This document shows positions 56,513 through 64,000 of a stretch of DNA of 64,000 nt, piece by piece; position 1 is the first letter of the stretch; every line of letters begins with the position of its first letter. The notes below the pieces were generated by a model, which had not been told where the DNA came from, made no database searches, and worked only from the letters and a program-made list of their open reading frames with translations. The stretch is from Euryarchaeota archaeon UBA463 (GTDB lineage: Archaea > Thermoplasmatota > Poseidoniia > Poseidoniales > Thalassarchaeaceae). The translations under genes and the position numbers were made by a program. The stretch spans positions 31,261-95,260 of the forward strand of contig DAOI01000003.1 of the NCBI GenBank assembly GCA_002501805.1, in the 5' to 3' direction.

Positions 56513-59380
56513 GTGTGTAAAATGTCATATAATCCTCACGATATTGAGAGTAAATGGCAACGAACATGGTCATTAGAAGGAGTATTCGAAGCAGAGTTAG
56601 ATCACTCCAAGCCCAAATTCTACTGCCTTGAGATGTTCCCTTACCCATCTGGAAATATGCACATGGGGCATGTTAGGAATTACTCGATTGGAGATGCAAT
56701 GGCTCGATTTCAAAGAATGAGGGGAAAGAACGTATTGTATCCAATGGGATACGACTCATTTGGAATGCCCGCCGAGAATGCGGCCAAAAAGGAATCTGGG
56801 CATCCTCACACGGTAACCGAGAGAAATATTTCGATGATTAAGGCCGATCAAGAACGTATGGGCTATTCTTACGATTGGCGTAGGATGTTTGCTACATCCA
56901 CGCCTGATTATTATCACTGGAATCAGCAGTTGTTTCTGAAATTCCACGAAGCAGGGCTTGTTGAGAGGAGATTCGCTCCTGTTAATTGGTGCAACGACTG
57001 TGACACGGTACTTGCTAACGAGCAAGTGAAAAATAATCGATGTTGGAGATGCGGTCTAGAGGTCGTACAGAAGGACATGGCTCAATGGTTTTTGAGAATG
57101 ACAGAGTATGCAGATGAGCTACTGGATGAGTTGGATGATATTGAATTTCCAGAAAATGTCAAGACCATGCAAAGGAATTGGATAGGAAGGTCTCAAGGAG
57201 CGCATATCAACTTCAAAGTAGTAGGCTCAGAATCATCTATTGGAGCCTTCACTACCCGTCCAGACACTATTTTTGGAGTGACTTTCCTAACACTGTCACC
57301 TGAACACCCCCTATGCAAAGAATTAGTCTCTGGTACGGATTATCATGATGATTGGGAGAAACTAAGGAACGAATGTGCAAGGATGACCGAGTTTGAGAGA
57401 ATCAATATGCTCAAGGAGAAAAAAGGAGTTCCATTGGGACGCTTTGCCATCAATCCACTAAATGGCGAGGAGGTTCCGATATATGCTGGAAACTTCGTAG
57501 TTGCCAGCTATGGAACAGGTGCCGTAATGGCAGTACCCGGCCACGATCAAAGGGACTATGACTTCGCCAAGAAATACGGCCTTCCAATTAGGCCGGTACT
57601 ATCCAAGACAAGAGGGGCCGAAGCGATTGAAGAGAATCCCGTATTCGATGGCATGGGATGGATGGCTAACTCTAACATAGAATCATTCGACGGCCTATAC
57701 GGAAATGAAGCCAAGGAAGCAGTAATATCCGCTCTGGAGGCCGATGAATCCGGTTATGGAACGGTGCAGTACAGGCTGAAGGATTGGCTGTTGAGTCGTC
57801 AGAGATTCTGGGGAACCCCAATCCCCATGATTCATTGCGATGATTGCGGGGTTGTACCTGTCAGCTATAGTGATCTACCAGTCAAACTTCCGCTTGATGT
57901 TAAATTCAGCTGGGAAAACAGTGGTAATCCATTGGAGGACAATGAAGAATTCCTAAATGTAGAATGTCCTAAATGCGGAGGTAAAGCGAAGCGTGAGACC
58001 GATACAATGGATACTTTCTTTGACTCATCGTGGTACTTCTTGAGATTTGCAGATTCTAGTAATAGTTTGGAACCCTTCGATTCGGACAAAGTGAATTATT
58101 GGTTAGATGGAGGAGTAGATCTCTACATCGGAGGAATTGAGCATGCCGTGATGCATCTCTTGTATGCCCGGTTCTTTACTAAGGCTACAAGAGACTTGGG
58201 AATGAACTCGGTAGGTGAGCCATTCGGACGTTTGGTATGTCAGGGCATGTTGAATGCCCCCGCTCCTTTCTGTGTAGAGTGTAACTCTGAGTACCATATC
58301 GAAAATTTTGGAGGAGACTGCCCTAATTGTGGTGCTGGTCTGACGACCCGATCTGTCAAAATGGGAAAATCCCTTGGTAATACCGTCAGTCCAGGAGAGA
58401 TGGTCACTAAGTTTGGAGCGGACACAGTGAGGCTTTTCATCCTCTTTGGGGCAAATCCAGAGGCTGGAATGGACTGGTCAGATACTGCATTAGAGTCTAG
58501 CTCACGCCAGATGAACCAAATTTTCGAGGCATTCAAATCATTGGAGAGTGCATCCCTCAACCCAAAGGACATCGACTCTTGGCTACTAGCAAGAGCACTT
58601 GATAATCAAACTAGGTGGATTGATGCGATGGAAGATGTTAGTCTAAGAGAAGGAGTAATGATTAGTCATTATGAAATGCTATCAGACTGGCAATGGTACA
58701 GGAGAAGAGGTGGATCAGATAGGGAGACAATCCAGAGATTCCTATGTATCTGGTCAGAGATGTTAGCCCCTGCTACTCCTCATATTGCTGAGGAATTCTG
58801 GTCTTCGCTAGGGGGTACAGGTATTCTCGCTAGTAACACACTTTCAGATCTTTCAGATCTTTCAGATTCAGACTGGTCACTGGTACTGGCTCGTGAAGAC
58901 TATCTAAGAGAGTTTATTGATACTGCAAGGAATCTCAGAACTCTAGCAGAAAAACACTCTGAATCACCACTATCCAGAATGGTGGTCCAGGTAGCTAGTA
59001 AATGGAAATCAGAACTTGCCAGCGATGCCATCAATCTGGCTTCTACAGATTTTGATTTCAAAAGTCAGGGCCAAGAGCATATACGAAACCTTCCAATATT
59101 CGAAAATGAAACCATGCGAGGAGAAATATTTCAGTTGTGGATGACTCTAACAACAGGCTCCAAAAAGAAGAGAGGTAGAATACATACTTGGTCAAACTCT
59201 CAGAAAATCCTCTTACTCAATTACCTAGATGAGGTGGAAATAATTAATCAGAATTCTGAATTCCTAGCTATGGCATTGGATATAGAATCGATCACATCAT
59301 ATTTTGTTGGAGATGGTGAAGATGTTGCTGGTAAGGCCAGAGTTGCCTTCCCTCTAGAGCCCGGAATAGCCTTCGTATGA
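56513..59380 (+). CDS. leuS: Leucyl-tRNA synthetase, bacterial type
   Basis: FYCLEMFPYPSGNMHMGHVRNYSIGD (HIGH region), VPGHDQRDYDFAKKYGLPI (editing/CP1), VKMGKSLGN (KMSKS), and QRNWIGRS. Collinear with E. coli LeuS. It is about 90 aa longer at the C-terminus, where it includes an SDLSDLSDSD low-complexity stretch. Confidence 0.9.
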   Translation: MCKMSYNPHDIESKWQRTWSLEGVFEAELDHSKPKFYCLEMFPYPSGNMHMGHVRNYSIGDAMARFQRMRGKNVLYPMGYDSFGMPAENAAKKESGHPHTVTERNISMIKADQERMGYSYDWRRMFATSTPDYYHWNQQLFLKFHEAGLVERRFAPVNWCNDCDTVLANEQVKNNRCWRCGLEVVQKDMAQWFLRMTEYADELLDELDDIEFPENVKTMQRNWIGRSQGAHINFKVVGSESSIGAFTTRPDTIFGVTFLTLSPEHPLCKELVSGTDYHDDWEKLRNECARMTEFERINMLKEKKGVPLGRFAINPLNGEEVPIYAGNFVVASYGTGAVMAVPGHDQRDYDFAKKYGLPIRPVLSKTRGAEAIEENPVFDGMGWMANSNIESFDGLYGNEAKEAVISALEADESGYGTVQYRLKDWLLSRQRFWGTPIPMIHCDDCGVVPVSYSDLPVKLPLDVKFSWENSGNPLEDNEEFLNVECPKCGGKAKRETDTMDTFFDSSWYFLRFADSSNSLEPFDSDKVNYWLDGGVDLYIGGIEHAVMHLLYARFFTKATRDLGMNSVGEPFGRLVCQGMLNAPAPFCVECNSEYHIENFGGDCPNCGAGLTTRSVKMGKSLGNTVSPGEMVTKFGADTVRLFILFGANPEAGMDWSDTALESSSRQMNQIFEAFKSLESASLNPKDIDSWLLARALDNQTRWIDAMEDVSLREGVMISHYEMLSDWQWYRRRGGSDRETIQRFLCIWSEMLAPATPHIAEEFWSSLGGTGILASNTLSDLSDLSDSDWSLVLAREDYLREFIDTARNLRTLAEKHSESPLSRMVVQVASKWKSELASDAINLASTDFDFKSQGQEHIRNLPIFENETMRGEIFQLWMTLTTGSKKKRGRIHTWSNSQKILLLNYLDEVEIINQNSEFLAMALDIESITSYFVGDGEDVAGKARVAFPLEPGIAFV
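58842..58868 (+). repeat. 9-bp tandem repeat (TTTCAGATC x about 3) inside leuS, encoding SDLSDLSDS
   Basis: Direct reading of ctttcagatctttcagatctttcagattcagac. Confidence 0.6.
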
Positions 59381-59416
59381 TGCTACAAAAACACTGACTA
59401 ATCACGCGGTGGGTTC

Positions 59417-60490
59417 ATGTGGCTAACTGCTCTCGGAGTTCCGTTGAGCGAAGAAAAAAGAGAGAGAAAGAGCCGTGGCCGACGCCGGCCCAAGAATCGT
59501 TTTGAGGGAAGACGAAGAAACAATCCTCCAGAGAGAGACGATCAGTCTGAGTCTATCGAGAGGGCCTTGGCTAGATTTTCAGCAGTTCCAAAGCCAATGG
59601 GATTCCCTTCTGAGATAGACCCCCCTCCAAGAACAATTGACGTGAATTGGGAGCTCAATGCAGTTTCCAAAAATACTCAGAAAAAGGCAGGAGAGATTGT
59701 GATGAGGAGGGGAGAATTCGGATTCCTGCCCCAGGAGAGAGTAGATGAGATCGCATCACAGTTAGATGGACTATCCATATCTCTGGAACAGGCACTATCC
59801 CTTAGGAATGCTCTGAACCAAGAGAAGAGTGTTTACTCTCATCACAAACTAATGCGCAGATCTAATGAGCTAAGTCGTAGGTATAACTCCGGTGAAGATG
59901 TGATTTCACTTTCGAAGAGATTTGACGCACCTCCCGTAAATACCTTCAGGGCTATTTTGACAGGTAGAGGATGGGGCAAGAACAGAATAAAGGAGTTCTT
60001 GAAGCAACCGTCAAAGATGAAAGACAGAGATAGGGAACAGTTCGAACTAGCAGAATCCATGGATAGAGTGAGCTCAGTTAATCAGGATGAGACTCACAAA
60101 GCATCAATGGTCTTCGAAGACGTCCTCTACTTATTCTTCGACTCCATTGGCGTTAGGTACAGAACTCAAGAGGACCTGATGGCAGAACAGAAAAAATCAG
60201 AAGGAAGAGCAGTGATTACCCCAGATCTATTGATGATTGATGACGTAAGAATAAATGGAGTCCCGTGCGCTTGGATAGACGCCAAACATTTCTTTGGAGC
60301 AGATCTGAAGTTTCCCCGAAAGAAAACACAGAAGCAAGTCGATCGCTATGTCGCAGAATATGGCCATGGGGCCATTGTGTATAGGCATGGATTTTGTGAC
60401 GGGCTAGTAATCAATGGAGCTGAGCAGTTGGATGCAAGTCCATTAGACTTGACACTTTTAGATAAGTTCCATGAAGAATCAAGCTCCTAG
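59417..60490 (+). CDS. Hypothetical protein with an Arg-rich N-terminal tail and a C-terminal PD-(D/E)xK nuclease-like motif
   Basis: The N-terminus KRERKSRGRRRPKNRFEGRRRNNPPER is nucleic-acid-binding-like. The C-terminus VITPDLLMIDDVRINGVPCAWIDAKHFFG has a PD ... (D)xK arrangement. It lies 36 bp downstream of leuS on the same strand. Confidence 0.4.
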   Translation: MWLTALGVPLSEEKRERKSRGRRRPKNRFEGRRRNNPPERDDQSESIERALARFSAVPKPMGFPSEIDPPPRTIDVNWELNAVSKNTQKKAGEIVMRRGEFGFLPQERVDEIASQLDGLSISLEQALSLRNALNQEKSVYSHHKLMRRSNELSRRYNSGEDVISLSKRFDAPPVNTFRAILTGRGWGKNRIKEFLKQPSKMKDRDREQFELAESMDRVSSVNQDETHKASMVFEDVLYLFFDSIGVRYRTQEDLMAEQKKSEGRAVITPDLLMIDDVRINGVPCAWIDAKHFFGADLKFPRKKTQKQVDRYVAEYGHGAIVYRHGFCDGLVINGAEQLDASPLDLTLLDKFHEESSS

Positions 60491-61461
60491 ACATCTCCAA
60501 TTCTCGTAAGGATATTTTCCAATCCACAATCATCTAGCAGACTTCTGACTTGATTCACTTCGACTAGTCCCGACTCGAGACTGTTGGGTACAATTGCCAC
60601 ACTAGTTCCCAGCATACAAAGAAGTGCAACACCGCTATGACTCATCCCTCCCTCCAACATAGCCTCCTCACACTTTCTTAGTACCTCAGAACGAGACTTC
60701 TCATTGGAAAGCCCACTCTCTACAGAGAATTTTCTAGAACTAAGAATAATATCGCTCCATCTCGACTCATTCCAATTTTTATGAGACAGTTCCTCAAGAT
60801 TCTTACTCCCAGCAGATGAGATCAATCCCCTCCACTCTGGATTATCGATATACGATGAGGTATGCTTACCCCCCTCGCCCTTCCAAGCCAGTATTATTTC
60901 TGCCTCAGCAGTCCAACCCTCTGATTTGCCAGGGCCGTTCTCCAGGAGATGGCCACTAAATGGAGAGCCAGGAATTTTCCTTATCTCTACTCCCCCGGCC
61001 GATAATGCGGTCACATCTCCCAACCCACTGGATCTTTTACGATCTACTAGATGGGCAATCATTAGAGAACGCCTGTGCCCCTGTTCGTAAGGTATCCCAA
61101 TCGCCCTCTGAATGGAATTGCAGAAAGAAACCGAACCCGCGGCAGACATTCCAAACCCCTGGCCAGTTGGTAAACCCAATTTGACAGTAGCCTCCCAGTC
61201 ATACTCCATAACTTCAGGAACTCCATCTGAGAGTAAACTCAAGGAGTCCATATACAATCTAGAATCGCCAATATGGTCAGTGAAGAAGACATCGAGATTA
61301 CCCTTCCCCTCTCTTCCCCTGCAAATAATCTCTACACCATCTTCCAGACATATTCCAACGCCTCTACTTCCTTGATTAACAGGATCTGGATCACTATCTT
61401 CAATGGTGAACATTAGAGTGACGTGTCCGCCACAATATCCTCGCCCAAGCAACTCCGGCAC
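60487..61461 (-). CDS. GHMP-kinase-family protein (candidate archaeal pantoate kinase)
   Basis: GHMP ATP-binding motif LPTGQGFGMSAAGSV and ~320 aa. The pantoate kinase call is based on the presence of an archaeal PPS in the same window, not on specific motifs. Confidence 0.5.
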   Translation of the reverse strand: MPELLGRGYCGGHVTLMFTIEDSDPDPVNQGSRGVGICLEDGVEIICRGREGKGNLDVFFTDHIGDSRLYMDSLSLLSDGVPEVMEYDWEATVKLGLPTGQGFGMSAAGSVSFCNSIQRAIGIPYEQGHRRSLMIAHLVDRKRSSGLGDVTALSAGGVEIRKIPGSPFSGHLLENGPGKSEGWTAEAEIILAWKGEGGKHTSSYIDNPEWRGLISSAGSKNLEELSHKNWNESRWSDIILSSRKFSVESGLSNEKSRSEVLRKCEEAMLEGGMSHSGVALLCMLGTSVAIVPNSLESGLVEVNQVRSLLDDCGLENILTRIGDV

Positions 61462-61499
61462 GAACGTTCCGTATGCTACAGGGAAATAATATATCCCGC

Positions 61500-62402
61500 T
61501 CAGAGAACAGCCTTGAGGTCGTCGTCAATCCCCATAAACCTTCCAGTAAGCTCTGCAACAGCCATTTCAAAGGCAACTTTAGGACTCATCGATCCATCAG
61601 TCTCGAAGGACAGTATGAACTCATTGGGAACGTCTTCCAAAACTACAGCTTCCTTGAACTCTCTGGACTCTTCGGTCCCAGAGCCAACGTGATTCAAGTC
61701 CTTTCTTAGCAGATCAACCTTATCGACATCTTCCAGCCTACCATCCTTGTTGAAATCTCCAGCTTTGATGTTAAGTCCTAAGTCCCAGAGAATCTTTGCC
61801 CTGGACTTTATATTAATGACTCCAACCTGTCTTGGATTGAAGTTCACACCGCAAACAGGTGTCCACTTCACATGGTCCCTACCTCTTCCCATGATTGCAG
61901 TGGCTGAAAACTCAATAATCTGCCCTTGGAATAGCTTAGTAATTGGTATAGATTGGTACTTCTCGGGAATGAAACCCTCCTCTTCTCCTAGAAAGTTAAG
62001 ATCACCAGCTGTTACCCATACCCCTTCTTGAGAGCCCTTCTTCTGACAGTAGTAAAGCATCGTACACAGGGCACATCCCCTGTCTTCTTCTACCATATCT
62101 CCACAGTTTGGGCACTCATCCTGGAAGTAGTACTGTTCGTGGTTTGTAGGGACAGGAATCATTGCGAGTCTCTGTGCGATGACCTCATCTGGAAGCGGTC
62201 CGTCAGTCTCCCAAACTTCTCCATCCTCCTCCTCTGTCTTCTTGATGAAGCTCACAGTCTCGATAGCCATTTTTGGAGTATCTGACATCAACGTCCTCCT
62301 TATCGAGTTAACAAAGGCTCGATCTGTTTCCTTCAAAAGAATCCTGATTTTCTCATTGTCCTCATAGAGAATTTCTGCATTGACCATATTTTCACACCTC
62401 AA
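61500..62402 (-). CDS. rpoD: DNA-directed RNA polymerase subunit D (Rpo3)
   Basis: N-terminal dimerization region ([14 protein letters not shown]), a Cys cluster CPNCGD..CALC, and its position at the end of the S13-S4-S11 alpha operon. Confidence 0.85.
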   Translation of the reverse strand: MRCENMVNAEILYEDNEKIRILLKETDRAFVNSIRRTLMSDTPKMAIETVSFIKKTEEEDGEVWETDGPLPDEVIAQRLAMIPVPTNHEQYYFQDECPNCGDMVEEDRGCALCTMLYYCQKKGSQEGVWVTAGDLNFLGEEEGFIPEKYQSIPITKLFQGQIIEFSATAIMGRGRDHVKWTPVCGVNFNPRQVGVINIKSRAKILWDLGLNIKAGDFNKDGRLEDVDKVDLLRKDLNHVGSGTEESREFKEAVVLEDVPNEFILSFETDGSMSPKVAFEMAVAELTGRFMGIDDDLKAVL

Positions 62403-62782
62403 ACACGCCTTCCACGGCGTCCTCCCTTAGACTTTGTACCATCGGTTGGTATGGGAGTGACATCTTCTATTCTAGTAACCTGCATTCCAGCTCTTGTTAA
62501 TGCTCTGATAGCAGAGGTGGCACCAGGGGCGCTATGAGATTTATTCCCCCCAGCTCCTCTGTACTTTACGATAACCTGGTTGAAATCTTTCTCTGCAAGC
62601 ATCTCAGCCATTCTTTCAGCGGCTCTCATGGATGCGAATGAACTAGATTTTTCAGAACCGCCTTTGGTTACCATACCTCCTGATACCTTACAAATGGTCT
62701 CGGAACCAGTGAGATCAGTGGCAGTCATCAACACATTATTGTGCGTGGTAAAGATATGCAGGATAGCCTTGTGGGACATCAA
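62399..62782 (-). CDS. rps11: 30S ribosomal protein S11 (uS11)
   Basis: [57 protein letters not shown]. Confidence 0.9.
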   Translation of the reverse strand: MMSHKAILHIFTTHNNVLMTATDLTGSETICKVSGGMVTKGGSEKSSSFASMRAAERMAEMLAEKDFNQVIVKYRGAGGNKSHSAPGATSAIRALTRAGMQVTRIEDVTPIPTDGTKSKGGRRGRRV

Positions 62783-63462
62783 TTATCACCTTCTGGAATA
62801 GTGTCCTCTACTGTAGGAGCCGTCGCCTCTCCAGCTTTGATATCTTCAACGAAGGTATCTGCAACCTTCACCGGTCCGCCGACAGTGTCTGCTTCTTCCT
62901 CGGATGTGTCTATAGTAGCCCTAATCTTTTCCAACTCCTGTCTGAAAGGATGATCGGGGTTCTCGTACTTGGAACCCGAAGTGTACCTGAGCATCTCTTC
63001 CTCTTCTCTCAGAACGTGATATCCGGGTACCGTCATCTTCTGATCCCCGATTGAAATGTGTCCGTGGACTATCAGATTCCTAGCCGCTCTCATCGATGGT
63101 GCTAGTCCTTTGTAGTAGACTTGTGACTGGAGCCTTCTAGCCAGCATCAGCTCTACATCAATCTGTAGAACGCTATCTAAAATAGAACCCTCTGAAAGTA
63201 GCCCCTTTCTGGTCAAGGAAGCGAGTAAGTCATCCTTCTCTCGGGCGTAGTGTCCTTCGGATGTGTCCACTCTACCGATTAGCTTCATAGCTTGGTTTCG
63301 ATGTCTTCTGAGAGCGGATTTCTCTCTCCAAATCTCCCTCATTCCCCCAATCTTCTTGAGGCCATACTTCGCTTTCAGAGCGTGCTCTTCCTCTATTCTT
63401 GCTTGTTTCCACGGATGAGTTGGTGTCTGAGTCTTAGGTCTTGCAAATTTTGGATCACCCAT
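62779..63462 (-). CDS. rps4: 30S ribosomal protein S4 (uS4)
   Basis: [18 protein letters not shown], the S4 RNA-binding domain [17 protein letters not shown], and an acidic C-terminal tail. Confidence 0.9.
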   Translation of the reverse strand: MGDPKFARPKTQTPTHPWKQARIEEEHALKAKYGLKKIGGMREIWREKSALRRHRNQAMKLIGRVDTSEGHYAREKDDLLASLTRKGLLSEGSILDSVLQIDVELMLARRLQSQVYYKGLAPSMRAARNLIVHGHISIGDQKMTVPGYHVLREEEEMLRYTSGSKYENPDHPFRQELEKIRATIDTSEEEADTVGGPVKVADTFVEDIKAGEATAPTVEDTIPEGDN

Positions 63463-63471
63463 CTAATCACC

Positions 63472-63960
63472 TCACTTCTTCCTCTCGACGCCAAGAGCAG
63501 AGCCCTTTCGACCATTACTTCTAAGTCGCTGTCCTCTAACCTTGTGACCACTTCTGTGCCTCATGCCTCGGTAAGTCTTTATTCCAGCCATCCTTGCAAC
63601 ATCATCATCCCTGGTCATCTTAACTTCTAGAGCTACAATATGAGCATCTTCATTAGTTTCTAGATCTCGTTGCCTGTTCATTAGCCACCAAGGCATCTCG
63701 GTAGCGTAAGTTCCAATGGAATCTCTGAGCTTGTCCTGCTCTTCATCACTTAGATGCCCTCCTAGCTTGCTTCCATCTACTCCAGAGAGTCTGCAAATCA
63801 TCTCTGCAGTCCTCATCCCTATTCCCTTGATAGAGCATAGTCCGACGGATATTTTACGCAGACCGTCGACGTCTGTATCTGCAATTCTGATGATGTATGA
63901 GAAGTCGTCTCCAAGCTGTGTCTCATCTGTTCCTGTCATGTACGGTCCTCCCGCGTTCAC
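63472..63960 (-). CDS. rps13: 30S ribosomal protein S13 (uS13)
   Basis: IIRIADTDVDGLRKISVGLCSIKGIGMRTAEMIC and the C-terminal basic tail HRSGHKVRGQRLRSNGRKG. The true start is probably the internal ATG (MTGTDET..). Confidence 0.9.
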   Translation of the reverse strand: MNAGGPYMTGTDETQLGDDFSYIIRIADTDVDGLRKISVGLCSIKGIGMRTAEMICRLSGVDGSKLGGHLSDEEQDKLRDSIGTYATEMPWWLMNRQRDLETNEDAHIVALEVKMTRDDDVARMAGIKTYRGMRHRSGHKVRGQRLRSNGRKGSALGVERKK

Positions 63961-64000
63961 CGGTCACCCAGTGGCTGTTAAGCATCCGGGCGACCAACCA

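Noticed and set aside
1-64000. CRISPR arrays, transposases, integrases, prophage or genomic-island boundaries
   Set aside because: No direct-repeat/spacer periodicity, no DDE/tyrosine-recombinase/serine-recombinase-like ORFs, no tRNA genes to serve as attachment sites. The window looks like core chromosome.

Overview
This window is a gene-dense, almost entirely coding chromosomal segment from a euryarchaeon. The archaeal hallmarks are PolD large subunit DP2, primase large subunit PriL, KEOPS subunit Pcc1, archaeal-type CoA and pterin biosynthesis genes (phosphopantothenate synthetase, MptE-like kinase, a GHMP kinase), and an S13-S4-S11-RpoD block at the 3' end. Many housekeeping genes are bacterial-type: E. 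coli-like icd, bacterial metK, bacterial-type leuS, homodimeric aceE and a bolA/CGFS-grx pair. That gene content and a mid-range GC content suggest a Marine Group II / Thermoplasmatota-like lineage, but this is a low-confidence inference. No tRNA, rRNA, CRISPR array, transposase or integrase was seen. A co-directional fatty-acid beta-oxidation operon runs from 4.2 to 11.3 kb: thiolase, HAD/ECH fusion, acyl-CoA dehydrogenase, a eukaryote-like acyl-CoA-binding protein, a hotdog protein and an NMO-family reductase. Most of these genes are preceded by a GAGGTGA Shine-Dalgarno-like motif. The most unusual element is a 0.7 kb ORF-free interval (36.5-37.2 kb) with strong strand asymmetry (pyrimidine-rich on +), tandem perfect hairpins and three copies of a CCCTTCCTTGCGTCCG-like motif. 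It is a candidate large structured ncRNA of unknown class, bounded by a 14-bp perfect inverted repeat whose core (CAGTGGAAA..GGGGTC) also occurs beside priL and resembles archaeal ORB elements. Other points worth follow-up are a 1122-aa protein with a large helical N-terminal region and a split C-terminal PIN nuclease; an N6-adenine methyltransferase-like protein whose catalytic NPPY position reads S-RPPW; a wHTH-NB-ARC STAND NTPase without sensor repeats; a fumarase C with an N-terminal ribbon-helix-helix extension; a PD-(D/E)xK-like protein with an Arg-rich tail; a Cys-rich multi-zinc-ribbon membrane protein; and an Upf1-like SF1 helicase.
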